Shown: positions 39,943-49,890, counted from the stretch's first letter. The stretch: 64,000 bases of DNA from Desulfocapsaceae bacterium (GCA_033852035.1 JAWSVG010000003.1:4091-68090); one strand, 5' to 3'. Numbers and translations are program-made. Notes: a model not told the origin generated them from the sequence alone.

Positions 39943-40685
39943 ATGAAATCTTTTCTGATTTTTTCTTACATTCTGGCCGTTTAACGATCACTGGCTGTTC
40001 CACCAACGCTCCCCTTAAGTCGCTTTACTATAATATTGAAGAGTCAAGAGCACAAAAAAACTTGATTGTTTTTCTGCGTGGTCGTGGAGGGAGTCACTAA
40101 GATTTTTCGGAAAAAGGATTCGTTGATGCTATCAAGGACTCCAAGCTACCCTATGACATAATCGCCCCGAATGCGCATTTTGGTTATTATTTGGGAGAAA
40201 CTTTGGTTGAGCGTCTCAAGGCTGATATTATTAATCCTGCCAAAGCCAAAGGTTATGAAAAATTTTGGCTTGTTGGCACTTCCATGGGAGGGTTGGGTGC
40301 TTTGATTCATTCCCGCTTCTATCCTGAAGATGCGGAGGGAGTCTTTGTTATTTCACCTTTTCTGGGGTACGACAAGATCATAGGTGAAATCGGATCGCAA
40401 GGAGGTCTCCGTCAATGGGAGCCGGGTGAATACACAATCCTGAGGATGATTGGCAACGAATGATTTGGCATTGGCTTAAACAATACCCCGAGAATCAGAG
40501 GCAGAAACCTGAAATATACCTTGGTTACGGAACCTAAGATAGCTACGTAGAAGCTCAACGTGTTTTGGGTGATATTCTTACCATACGATCACGTCATAAC
40601 AACCTCTGAGGACCACACTCCGGAAACCATGAAGAAGTTAGGGGAGATTTTTCTGCAAAGAGACATTCTTAAGCAATCTGAATAA
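39943..40685 (+). pseudogene. Alpha/beta-hydrolase lipoprotein (esterase) pseudogene
   Basis: Lipobox-like TGC, VFLRGRGGSH*DF and the GTSMGG nucleophile motif, with several stops and frameshifts. The end coordinate is approximate. Confidence 0.75.
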
Positions 40686-40948
40686 ATTGTACGTCTTTTA
40701 ACAGGGAAAAGGAGACAGCAGAAGTGCGTCCTCACCATGTGATAATCCATACAATTGAGCCTGAAAGAGGCCGCGAGTAGACCCAGATGGAGTATTAGTA
40801 GTTCCTAAGTCTTGGCAGGTCGTACCAAATAATCTTTTTATGGGCCATATCCCCCTTTACCCCGTAAAGAAACACTTGATGAGAAGTGCCCACTAGAGTT
40901 ACAGAGAGATAGGAAAATAGGGTGTTAAAGCAGAAAATTATGTGAGCA

Positions 40949-40994
40949 ACATAGGTGGAGGGACCTCAAGTTGCAGTCCTCTTTCCACCTATGT
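40949..40994 (-). terminator. Probable terminator hairpin after the selenoprotein gene
   Basis: ACATAGGTGGA...TCCACCTATGT 11-bp inverted repeat about 30 nt past the stop at 41024. Confidence 0.55.
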
Positions 40995-41023
40995 CCTAAC
41001 CTAGATACAACCTCGTACAGTTT

Positions 41024-41365
41024 TTAGGCTACAATGAGGTTGTCATACATCTCAGCGTTGTAGCCGACATAAAAGACATCGTCCCTTTTCAGCGTTGGTG
41101 CCCGTAAATTGCCTGTCCGGCCCGTAATCTTTTTCAGCATTTCTTCTTTATCTGCAGTTGAGGGCTCAAATTCAATAATTTTTCTTCCATTCGCCACCAC
41201 GACCTTCCTGGCATCAGCAATAACCGCCCACGCCTCTTCACCGTTATAGATTTCTTTTTTGGCATTTACTTCGGTATCCACTTGAATGCTCTTTTCCTCA
41301 AATACCTTCCAGGCATTTTTACACGATACTCAGCCATTTCTCATATACGCCCACTCAACAGTCAT
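41024..41365 (-). CDS. ArsC/Spx-like thioredoxin-fold selenoprotein, 113 aa, UxxC motif (in-frame UGA at codon 12)
   Basis: RBS GGAGG then ATG 41365: MTVEWAYMRNG-UGA-VSCKNAW..., in frame with track ORF 41024-41281 (GRTGNLRAPTL). A SECIS-like hairpin follows the UGA. Confidence 0.88.
41300..41318 (-). promoter_or_regulatory. Bacterial SECIS-like hairpin
   Basis: AAAUGCC-UGGAA-GGUAUUU. The loop begins 18 nt after the UGA and has G at its second position. Confidence 0.7.
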
Positions 41366-41391
41366 TTCAATTTCCTCCGCACAGAAGCTTT

Positions 41392-41898
41392 TTATTCAGC
41401 AGGTTCAACAAAGACTCTCTTACCAAGTTCCATATCCATGACAAACATCCCCGCCGAATCATCACCGATCATTTTCATACGCTCGAGAACTTCACCGACA
41501 CTTGCCTCTTCTTCAACCTGTTCAGCGACAAACCATTGCAGGAAGTTGTTGGCAGCATGGTCTTTTTCCTGAATGGCCACATCAACAAGATCATTGATCA
41601 GGGCAGTAACCTTTGCTTCATGATGGGCAACTTCCTGGCTGACTTCCAATGCTGAACTCCATGTAGTGGCCGGTTTTTCAATAGCCTCAAGTTCAATCCT
41701 CCCTCCACGCTCCAGAATGTAATCAATTATTTTCGTTGAATGGGACAGTTCTTCCTTAGCCTGTACTCGCATCCAGTTGGCAAATCCGACAAGGCTCCGC
41801 TCACTGCACCAGGCCGACATCGACAGGTAAAGATATGATGAAAACATTTCGGCATTTACCTGCTTGTTGAGTGCATCATTCATTGTTTTACTAATCAT
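41392..41898 (-). CDS. ftnA: Non-heme ferritin
   Basis: NKQVNAEMFSSYLYLSM, QAKEELSH, HE and QWFVAEQVEEE ferroxidase motifs. Confidence 0.93.
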   Translation of the reverse strand: MISKTMNDALNKQVNAEMFSSYLYLSMSAWCSERSLVGFANWMRVQAKEELSHSTKIIDYILERGGRIELEAIEKPATTWSSALEVSQEVAHHEAKVTALINDLVDVAIQEKDHAANNFLQWFVAEQVEEEASVGEVLERMKMIGDDSAGMFVMDMELGKRVFVEPAE

Positions 41899-42033
41899 AC
41901 GTTTAACTCCTTTAAGGATAATATGTTCATAACGACCTGTATGTGCTACGGGGATATATCTGAGAAACCTACTCGACCCAACTTGAGTTGAAGCGGTACT
42001 GTCCGACAGCGATAAATGAAGCGAGGCCGATAC

Positions 42034-42945
42034 TTACGCAAGTACAATTCCTGCTGCAAAAAAAACCATGTGCAGCAGAAGCCCAATGTTAAGAGTAGCA
42101 AAGAGCAGTTTATAGTTGCATCTTTGCTTCACAAGTAATTGATACATAAAAACCAACGCGAGTATCAGCGTATTTACCACAGCAAGAATACAAGCAATTG
42201 TTCCCATGCTTAATGCTATAAGTCTAAACATCAGCATGACAATAGCAAGTGCTCCAATCCATGTACCAAAGAAGCGTTTGAGTGCAGTTTCGTCGAATGT
42301 TTCGAGAAGGTGTGGTAAAGGTCCCTCCTCGTAATCCTGTTTATGGTTGAGCAAAACCAGCCAGCAGTGAGGCACCTGCCAGAGCACAAAAAGTGCAATA
42401 AGAAGGCCTGCACCAAAACTGACAGCATCACCACCTGCGGCGAGCCATCCAATATATGGAGGCATCGCGCCGCTTACAGCGCCGGGAATAATGGAGAGTA
42501 CTGATTTTTTCTTAAGTGGTGTATAGACAAAATTGTAAAGAACAATGGCACCAATGGCCGTCAGGAGCGGAACTGTGGAATAAGAGGAGACTGAGAGGGA
42601 AACACCCCCCAGAGCAAGCAAAGTTGTGGCCTGAGCAACAGCTTGAAACGGTCTTACCCGGCCCTGTGGCAGGGGCCTTTCTCGTGTTCTCAGCATTTGT
42701 GCGTCAAGGCTCATTTCCTGGACGCTATTAAAGGTTGCAGCCCCCATGGCCAGAAAGAAGATGCCCCCGGCTACAGCTATTCCCTGCAGTGAAAAGATGG
42801 GGTTCGCAAGAAGGTAGCCAAAAAGGGTTGAGCAGCTCACCAGAAAACAGAGAGGAACCTTAGCCAGCCGGAAACATGCAGCCAGACTCATTGATGTCGA
42901 GCAAGATGAAACAGAACATGAGGTTCGGCTTGTGTTATCAGTCAC
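42034..42945 (-). CDS. ctaB: Protoheme IX farnesyltransferase (heme O synthase)
   Basis: DAQMLRTRERPLPQG, YTPLKK, GAMPPYIGW and WQVPH. Confidence 0.9.
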   Translation of the reverse strand: MTDNTSRTSCSVSSCSTSMSLAACFRLAKVPLCFLVSCSTLFGYLLANPIFSLQGIAVAGGIFFLAMGAATFNSVQEMSLDAQMLRTRERPLPQGRVRPFQAVAQATTLLALGGVSLSVSSYSTVPLLTAIGAIVLYNFVYTPLKKKSVLSIIPGAVSGAMPPYIGWLAAGGDAVSFGAGLLIALFVLWQVPHCWLVLLNHKQDYEEGPLPHLLETFDETALKRFFGTWIGALAIVMLMFRLIALSMGTIACILAVVNTLILALVFMYQLLVKQRCNYKLLFATLNIGLLLHMVFFAAGIVLA

Positions 42946-43546
42946 TTTCCTCTTCTATCCAAATCTGATATTCCTCAGCAGGAATTATTTTCAGTATGCC
43001 AAGCATGGCAGAATGATCAACTCCACAATATTCCGTACACTGGATATCATATTCACCAACTTCATCGGCATAAAACCAGGCATAGGTTTCCATCCCTTTC
43101 ACGGCATCCACTTTGATTCTGAATGCAGGTATATAAAAGCTATGAAGGACATCAATGGAACTAATATTAAGTTTTACAGCCTGCCCCTGCGGTACAACAA
43201 GTTCGTTCTCTGTCTCTTTGTCATTATCGTAGACGAAAATCCAGGAAAACATCTGGCCGATAACCTCAACTTCCATCGCATCATCCGGAACCGTCCGGAG
43301 CCCAACATATGATGTCCACCCTACATAAAACATAGAAAGAGCAATCAAGGTTGGGATTATTGTCCAGATAACCTCCAGCTTATAATTATCACGGATATCT
43401 GATGGTACTGGGTGTTTACTCCTCCTGTATTTCACCACAAAATAGATCATTACAATGGTTATACCGAATAATAAGAAAATCGATACTCCGAGAATATACC
43501 AAAAAGCCTGATCAACACCTTGTACCGGGGTCATTAATGTCTCCAC
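42938..43546 (-). CDS. coxB: Heme-copper oxidase subunit II (CuA, no c-heme domain)
   Basis: DVLHSF and CTEYCGVDHSAM CuA ligands; no CxxCH. Confidence 0.94.
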   Translation of the reverse strand: METLMTPVQGVDQAFWYILGVSIFLLFGITIVMIYFVVKYRRSKHPVPSDIRDNYKLEVIWTIIPTLIALSMFYVGWTSYVGLRTVPDDAMEVEVIGQMFSWIFVYDNDKETENELVVPQGQAVKLNISSIDVLHSFYIPAFRIKVDAVKGMETYAWFYADEVGEYDIQCTEYCGVDHSAMLGILKIIPAEEYQIWIEEESD

Positions 43547-43549
43547 TTG

Positions 43550-43858
43550 TTACCTATAGGCCACATCCCAGAATGTGAAGCCAATCATTATGATGAGAAA
43601 TGAAACTGTCGACATAAAGGATATAATTATAATCGGCCCTTCATATTTCAGATGCATAAAATAAAGTAAGACAAACGTTACTTTCGTACAGGCGATTGTC
43701 AGAGCTACCGGCACATTCCAGACCCCAAGGTCAAGGTAGGACACTCCAACTGTAACCCCTGTCAAGACAAGCAATATTGCTAAAACTATACCCAACTGAA
43801 CAAAGCTCAGAATGTGACCCTGATTTTGACTATCCATTGTAGATGTCTCCGTTACCAT
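43550..43858 (-). CDS. coxD: Heme-copper oxidase subunit IV family protein
   Basis: LLVLTGVTV..KVTFVLLYFMHLKYE. RBS AGGA lies before ATG 43858. Confidence 0.88.
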   Translation of the reverse strand: MVTETSTMDSQNQGHILSFVQLGIVLAILLVLTGVTVGVSYLDLGVWNVPVALTIACTKVTFVLLYFMHLKYEGPIIIISFMSTVSFLIIMIGFTFWDVAYR

Positions 43859-43868
43859 TTTCAATTTC

Positions 43869-44465
43869 CTATAAGACCAGATAGAAGAGAGGAAAAACAA
43901 ATATCCATATCAAATCGACCAGATGCCAATACAAACCAGAGTTGTCAAGCATTGAGAATCGCGTACTGTTTACTTTTCCCACAATAACAAGAACAAGACT
44001 CACAGAAAGCAAAATCATGCCGATGATGACGTGGAGTCCGTGTAGACCCGTGATAATGTAGTACAGGCTGAAGAAAACATGCAGCCCCGGTTCTCCGGAA
44101 ACCAAGGTTTCCGAATTGGGATACATGTCATGATGAATCTTCGCTCCCCACTCGAAATACTTATTAATAAGAAAGACCACACCGCAAGAAATTGAAAACA
44201 GCAGCAGCCAGATAGTCTGTTTTTTTGCGCCTCGCTGGATAGCAGTTATGGATGCAGCCACTGTAAAACTGCTCAGGAGAAGAACAATTGTGTTTACAGC
44301 TCCAATCACCCTGTTCAGTTCTTTCCCGCCTTCTGCAAAAAACTCTGGGTAGTTATAGAAATAAACGGCATACAGAACAAAAAGGCCGCCAAAGAGAATT
44401 ATCTCGGAGTAGAGAAACAGCCACATGCCTATTTTTATACCAGTTTTATCGATTTGAGCACTCAT
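43869..44465 (-). CDS. coxC: Heme-copper oxidase subunit III
   Basis: GMWLFLYSE, TGLHGLHV and YWHLVDLIW. Confidence 0.94.
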   Translation of the reverse strand: MSAQIDKTGIKIGMWLFLYSEIILFGGLFVLYAVYFYNYPEFFAEGGKELNRVIGAVNTIVLLLSSFTVAASITAIQRGAKKQTIWLLLFSISCGVVFLINKYFEWGAKIHHDMYPNSETLVSGEPGLHVFFSLYYIITGLHGLHVIIGMILLSVSLVLVIVGKVNSTRFSMLDNSGLYWHLVDLIWIFVFPLFYLVL

Positions 44466-44480
44466 ATCAGCGGTTACTCC

Positions 44481-46109
44481 CTATTTCTCAGATTTTTTTT
44501 GGGTGACTTTAGAAAAATCATAAGGAAAGTCCATGATTTGAGGTGGTTCAATGAAGTTATGCACAGGTGGAGGTGAGGGAACCGTCCATTCTAGAGTCGT
44601 ACCACCCCACGGATCTGCCGGGGCTGGCACACGCTGTCTGAAACTGAGCAACAAGTTCATAAACATAATCAAGATCCCGGCACAGAGTATATATCCGCCA
44701 ATTCCGGCCAGAAAGTTACCCGTTTCATATTTGGGCAGGTAATCATAATACCTCCTGGGCATCCCCTGCATACCAAGGATAAACATGGGCACATAGTGAA
44801 ACAAAAAACCTATGCCAGTGAGCACAGAACCTATGTAGGCCATTTTAAACCTGTACATAATACCGAACATCTTCGGCCACCAGTAGTGCAGTGCAGCAAA
44901 AAAGGCAAACCCGGTGCCACCGAACATGACAAAATGAAAATGGGAAACAACAAAATGTGTGTCGTGCACATGGATATCTGTACCTACAGCCCCTAAAACC
45001 AGTCCTGTCAGTCCACCAACACTGAACAGGTAGATGAAGATCAGGGACAGGAGCAGGGGCGGCGTCATCTCAATAGCACCTTTATACATGGTTGCCACCC
45101 AGGAAAAAACTTTCACCGCAGACGGTATCGCCACCAGAAATGTCAGCAGAGAGAAGACAAATACAGAGACATCACTCATGCCGCTGGTGTACATGTGATG
45201 GGCCCAGACCAGGGAACCAGCAATTGCAATTGCCATAGAAGACCAGACAATAGCTTTATAACCAAAAATTGATTTTCGAGAAAAGACAGGAATGATCTCA
45301 GAAATAACCCCCATACCCGGCAGGATCATAATATATACAGCCGGATGGGAGTACATCCAGAAAAGATGTTGATAGAGCAATGGGTCCCCGCCTTTATCCG
45401 GCTCAAACAAGCCAACGGAAAAGAACCTTTCAATTATCACCAATACAAATGTAATTGAGATCACAGGCGTTGCAAGTATCTGAACCCAGGCAGTGGCATA
45501 CAGTGACCAGGTAAACAGTGGTATCTGCATAAGCCCCATATTTTTCGATCGCATACGGTGAAAGGTGGTGACGAAATTTAAACCGGTCAGCATTGAGGAC
45601 ATGCCGAGAATAAATGCAGCTGTGACCGTCAAGCCTACATTAGTGTCCGACTGGACACTGAACGGCACATAAAATGTCCATCCCGTGTCTGGAAACCCTT
45701 CACCGGCAAACAGTGATACAAGGGCAAAAAGACCACCGAGCATGAAGAGATACCAGCTAAAGAGATTGAGCCGAGGGAAGAACACATCATCTGTGCCCAA
45801 CTGAATGGGAAGAAAAAAATTACCGAAGATGGCAGGGATTGCCGGAATCACAAAAAGAAAAATCATTATGACTCCGTGCAGGGTAAAAACCGAGTTATAC
45901 AACTCCGGTCCCATTATGGTCCTCCCCTGGCTCATCAATTCAGTCCTGAGCATAAGCCCCAGAAGCATGGCCACAACAAACCAGAAAAACACAGCTCCAA
46001 GGTACATCAGCCCCAGTCGTTTATGATCGTGCGTAAGCAGCCAGGCCTTTATTCCTGTTAGCCCCGGAGGTGCCGGGTTATGATAGAATGATGATTGTGT
46101 TTCTGTCAT
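44481..46109 (-). CDS. coxA: Heme-copper oxidase subunit I, A2 type
   Basis: DHKRLG, TLHG, YSHPAVY (A2 signature), WAHH, HFH and GMPRR. Confidence 0.96.
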   Translation of the reverse strand: MTETQSSFYHNPAPPGLTGIKAWLLTHDHKRLGLMYLGAVFFWFVVAMLLGLMLRTELMSQGRTIMGPELYNSVFTLHGVIMIFLFVIPAIPAIFGNFFLPIQLGTDDVFFPRLNLFSWYLFMLGGLFALVSLFAGEGFPDTGWTFYVPFSVQSDTNVGLTVTAAFILGMSSMLTGLNFVTTFHRMRSKNMGLMQIPLFTWSLYATAWVQILATPVISITFVLVIIERFFSVGLFEPDKGGDPLLYQHLFWMYSHPAVYIMILPGMGVISEIIPVFSRKSIFGYKAIVWSSMAIAIAGSLVWAHHMYTSGMSDVSVFVFSLLTFLVAIPSAVKVFSWVATMYKGAIEMTPPLLLSLIFIYLFSVGGLTGLVLGAVGTDIHVHDTHFVVSHFHFVMFGGTGFAFFAALHYWWPKMFGIMYRFKMAYIGSVLTGIGFLFHYVPMFILGMQGMPRRYYDYLPKYETGNFLAGIGGYILCAGILIMFMNLLLSFRQRVPAPADPWGGTTLEWTVPSPPPVHNFIEPPQIMDFPYDFSKVTQKKSEK

Positions 46110-46151
46110 AGTATATCCTGTCTTTGAGCACTACAGTCTCTCATACGTCGT

Positions 46152-46949
46152 TTAATTTCGACTCTTCTTGAAGAAAAACAATACAAATATAACCAGAGTT
46201 CCTAGTATAATCAGGACTCCCAACTTCACCCACTGGAACAAACTCTTGTTCTTGTCTGGATCATAATTAAAACAAAAACCAAGAAGCCTCTTCACAGAGA
46301 GAGAAGGGGTGCCGTTTATTGCATCAGATAGGGCCATATCTATATCGCCTGCCAAAAATGACCCGTAGACATAGCGAATAATCTGACCGCTGCCATCTAT
46401 CACCACCAGTGCAGCAGGGTGAATAAACGTTTCATCGTCAACCTTCTGAAAACGGAAGCCCACCGCCTCTGTAACCTTCACTATTTCATCCTTATCACCA
46501 GTAAGGAAAACCCATTCATCTGGAGGAAAACCGTCATCAACAAGCTTTATGTAGTTTTTTTTAGCGTGGGCCGCTGTTTCATGAGTCTCAACCTCGTTAA
46601 AACTCAGCGCTATAACCCTATACTCTTCACCGGGAGCAAAGCTCAGGTTGTTAAGGGCGACCGCCAGATTCGCGAGATTCGAACTACAAATATTCGGGCA
46701 ATAAAAATATATAGGCAGGAGGATGGTTGGCTTATCAATAAAGTCACCAAGCGCAATTGTCTCACCTCTGTCATTTTGAAACTGCAGGTCCAAGGGTAGA
46801 AACTGTCCAGTCTTCTCTTCAATCCATTTACCACCATCACCCTGAGAAAGGCCGGAATCGAAATCTTCAGCAAGAGAAGATCCGACGGCCCCGACGAGCG
46901 CCACGAAAAAAAAACATATGACAAGCAGTCGCCCGACCTTACTCTTCAT
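46152..46949 (-). CDS. SCO family copper chaperone
   Basis: YFYCPNIC and FIHPAA motifs. Confidence 0.9.
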   Translation of the reverse strand: MKSKVGRLLVICFFFVALVGAVGSSLAEDFDSGLSQGDGGKWIEEKTGQFLPLDLQFQNDRGETIALGDFIDKPTILLPIYFYCPNICSSNLANLAVALNNLSFAPGEEYRVIALSFNEVETHETAAHAKKNYIKLVDDGFPPDEWVFLTGDKDEIVKVTEAVGFRFQKVDDETFIHPAALVVIDGSGQIIRYVYGSFLAGDIDMALSDAINGTPSLSVKRLLGFCFNYDPDKNKSLFQWVKLGVLIILGTLVIFVLFFFKKSRN

Positions 46950-46964
46950 TTCATTGTCACTCTG

Positions 46965-47510
46965 TTATTTTACTGGTTGATGTGCACCTGTTGCCAGGTT
47001 AACCTTAATGGTTGATCGGTATTTATGCTTTGACTTGAAACTGTCTCTTCCTGCACCATACGCCAGTAAGACAATGGTGTCGCCGTTGGGGTCAATAACG
47101 CCATCATTTTTATCACCTGAATTCAAAGGAAGAGTAAACTCTATTGTTGTAATTCCTCCCTCTTCGGTACCATTCACCAGAACGGCGTCTGTGGACCCAC
47201 CAAGTTTTTTGTCGGACTTATGACTACGTTCCGAATCACCATATTCATCTTTTATCTTTGCCTTGCCTTTCTTTACATAGCCAAGCACAAAATTTGCGTC
47301 TTTCATTTTCGAACTAGGGTTAAAACCGATACCAACCCAACCATCCGTCTCCGCAGCCATTTTAACAGCAAGTTTATCTCCATCAATCTTCCAGGCAAAG
47401 GATATTTTTTTATCCTGAATCTCATGGTCGTAGGCAAGACTATTTACACAAGTACCAAAAAACACCAGCAGTGCTCCTGCAATGAATAAACGTAATTTTG
47501 CCAATTTCAT
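46965..47510 (-). CDS. Secreted DOMON-domain protein (putative Met/His heme ligands)
   Basis: Signal peptide; GWVGIGF..KMKDANFVLG, IEFTLPL, IVLLAYG and terminal HKYR. Confidence 0.82.
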   Translation of the reverse strand: MKLAKLRLFIAGALLVFFGTCVNSLAYDHEIQDKKISFAWKIDGDKLAVKMAAETDGWVGIGFNPSSKMKDANFVLGYVKKGKAKIKDEYGDSERSHKSDKKLGGSTDAVLVNGTEEGGITTIEFTLPLNSGDKNDGVIDPNGDTIVLLAYGAGRDSFKSKHKYRSTIKVNLATGAHQPVK

Positions 47511-47707
47511 ACTGTCTCCTCATAAATTAATGACGTTAAAATAACTCTTCTGACTGCTTGGTGTCATAACGTGCAACACCGTTTACACACACTTACACCA
47601 ACAATTCTAAGATAGAACTGTTTTGGTAAAACTTTACTTCAGTTACTCACAAAAACTGTAGTACAATCCAGAGTACATGAAAAGAGTCTTTTTTGTTTTT
47701 GCACATA

Positions 47708-47723
47708 ATTACTATCTAGTAAT
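47708..47723. promoter_or_regulatory. Palindromic candidate operator between the cox operon and dfx
   Basis: ATTACTA-TC-TAGTAAT perfect inverted repeat in the divergent AT-rich spacer. Confidence 0.35.
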
Positions 47724-47928
47724 AGTTATTTGTAACTTCTTGTTGTTAATTGATTGCACGGTTGAAAATACATGATTACCATTAGCCTCTGAAGTCAATC
47801 AATTAACGTTGTTATCATTGCAGTGACGAAGTATTTGCTGTTAGCATGGATGTTAGGTATTTGACAGTATATTTTGTTACTGTTGCGTAGTTAAACCTTA
47901 CTTTATTTTTAGAACAGGAGGAAAACCT

Positions 47929-48303
47929 ATGGCGCAAAAAATGGCAGTTTATAAGTGTGAGCTTTGCGGAAACATCGTTGAGGTACTTACAGCTGGTGGA
48001 GCAGACCTTATGTGTTGCGGTCAGCAAATGAAAATACAAGCCGAAAACACAACAGATGCAGCAGTTGAAAAGCACGTTCCGGTACTTGAGAAGAAAGATG
48101 GCGGCTGGCAGGTTTCTGTTGGATCTGTTGATCACCCGATGACCGATGACCACTTTATAGAGTGGGTTGAACTCATCGACGGAGACACTGTTTATCGTCA
48201 ATTCCTTAACCCTAATAACAAGCCGGTTGCATTCTTCAAGCTTGATGCTGACAGCGTTACAGCCCGAGCATACTGCAACCTGCACGGACTCTGGAAGGCA
48301 TAA
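47929..48303 (+). CDS. dfx: Desulfoferrodoxin (2Fe superoxide reductase)
   Basis: CELCG..CCG desulforedoxin centre; EKHVP, HPM..H and CNLHG. Confidence 0.96.
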   Translation: MAQKMAVYKCELCGNIVEVLTAGGADLMCCGQQMKIQAENTTDAAVEKHVPVLEKKDGGWQVSVGSVDHPMTDDHFIEWVELIDGDTVYRQFLNPNNKPVAFFKLDADSVTARAYCNLHGLWKA

Positions 48304-48370
48304 CCTGCAGTTTCCCTGGCTGGTCTGTACTGCTGGCCAGGGCCTTTTGGTGTCACATAAAGGAACACCA

Positions 48371-49753
48371 ATGAAAAAAAAAGATTTCCGTGTTGAATCT
48401 GACAGCATGGGTGATGTTCTCGTACCAGAAGATGCATTCTACGGTGCCCAAACCCAAAGAGCCGTTGACAACTTCACTATCTTTGACCAACCACTGCCCT
48501 GGACCTTCCTTGAAGCAGTTCTCCTTATAAAAACTGTTGCTGCAGAAACCAACTGCCAGCTTGGAATATTATCTGAGGAATACAAAAATGTAATCTGCGA
48601 AGTTGTAGATGAACTCCTCTCCAGCCAGCCACTGCAACAATTCCCGGTTTCTGTATATCAAACCGGTTCCGGTACCAGCACCAATATGAACGTCAATGAA
48701 GTCATTGCCGGTATGGCTTTGCAAAGAGGTGTATCTCTTTCACCAAACGACCATGTCAATCTTGGTCAGAGCAGCAACGATGTCATCCCTGCAGCGATCC
48801 ATATCGCCAGCACCCTTTCCACATCGAGAGACCTTTTGCCAGCCCTGTGCTCACTATCGTCATCCATACGTGAATTTTCCCTAAAGAATAAGGAAATTAT
48901 AAAGACAGCCAGAACCCATCTTATGGATGCACTGCCGATGTATCTGCATGCAGAGCTTGAAGCATGGTCCATCCAGCTTGACGAATGCACTGAGCGCATT
49001 TCTGAAGCACTAAGAAGAATACAGCGGTTACCTCTTGGCGGAACGGCTATCGGGAGTGGACTAAATTGTCATCCGCTCTTTGCGGCAAAAGCCACTGCAC
49101 TGCTCAGCAACAAAACTGGCCTATCCTTTACCGAAGCTCCTTCAAAATACAAAGGTCTCAGCAGCCTTGATACTGTTGTGGAACTTTCAGGGCACCTGAA
49201 GACCTCTGCGGTAACGTTAAGCAAGATAGCAAACGACTTGAGGTGGATGAACTCCGGTCCCTTAGCTGGCCTCGCCGAGATACAGCTTCCTGCCTTGCAG
49301 CCGGGATCCAGCATTATGCCCGCCAAAATAAATCCGGTAATCCCTGAGGCCGTTTGTATGGCAATGGCACAGGTTATCGGCAATGATACAACTATTAGCA
49401 TAGCAGGGTTGGGAGGGAATTTTCAGCTCAACACCATGCTTCCTGTAACTGCCGCCAACATTCTTTATTCCATTGACCTCATCACGGGAAGTGCAAAAGC
49501 ACTCCGAAAGAAAACGATTACTGGCATGAAGGTCAACCATAAAGTATTCGACCAAGCTTTGTCTCTGAACCCTATCCTTGTAACGGCACTCAACCCTATA
49601 ATCGGCTATTTAAAAGCTGCAGAAATTGGTAAAATTGCTTTGCGGGACGGGCGGACTGTTCTTGACGTAGCTCGAGAACAAACGGATATCCCCGAAACAG
49701 ACTTGAAAAAAATACTCGACCCAAAAAAACTTGCAGATGGAAACAAGGTATGA
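48371..49753 (+). CDS. fumC: Class II fumarate hydratase
   Basis: YGAQTQRA, QTGSGTSTNMN, QSSND, RTHLMDA and GSSIMPAKINP. Start is ATG 48371 after an AGGA RBS. Aspartase is less likely. Confidence 0.85.
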   Translation: MKKKDFRVESDSMGDVLVPEDAFYGAQTQRAVDNFTIFDQPLPWTFLEAVLLIKTVAAETNCQLGILSEEYKNVICEVVDELLSSQPLQQFPVSVYQTGSGTSTNMNVNEVIAGMALQRGVSLSPNDHVNLGQSSNDVIPAAIHIASTLSTSRDLLPALCSLSSSIREFSLKNKEIIKTARTHLMDALPMYLHAELEAWSIQLDECTERISEALRRIQRLPLGGTAIGSGLNCHPLFAAKATALLSNKTGLSFTEAPSKYKGLSSLDTVVELSGHLKTSAVTLSKIANDLRWMNSGPLAGLAEIQLPALQPGSSIMPAKINPVIPEAVCMAMAQVIGNDTTISIAGLGGNFQLNTMLPVTAANILYSIDLITGSAKALRKKTITGMKVNHKVFDQALSLNPILVTALNPIIGYLKAAEIGKIALRDGRTVLDVAREQTDIPETDLKKILDPKKLADGNKV

Positions 49754-49770
49754 CCAACAACGTCATACCT
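49746..49770 (+). terminator. Hairpin overlapping the fumC stop codon
   Basis: AGGTATGAC-N7-GTCATACCT followed by AAATTTT. Confidence 0.45.
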
Positions 49771-49890
49771 AAATTTTGCAATTGACTAGTCTACCGGAGA
49801 TGCGAGGCAGCGAAGCTGAAGACGTATCAATATACTTCAAAGCTTCGGTAACAAAGCAGATTCGGTGGAATTGTCAATCCCGAAGGGCAG
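49768..49890. repeat. Structured intergenic repeat, family B, copy 2
   Basis: Shares blocks with 7237-7356; internal CCGGAG/GAAGCT..AGCTTCGGT pairing. Confidence 0.75.

Noticed and set aside
40690-40940. Possible IS end or small RNA between the esterase pseudogene and the selenoprotein terminator
   Set aside because: No partner inverted repeat, transposase homology or recognisable RNA motif could be supported.
48167-48370. N-terminal extension of fumC overlapping dfx
   Set aside because: Homology and the RBS support ATG 48371; the extension is a chance open frame.
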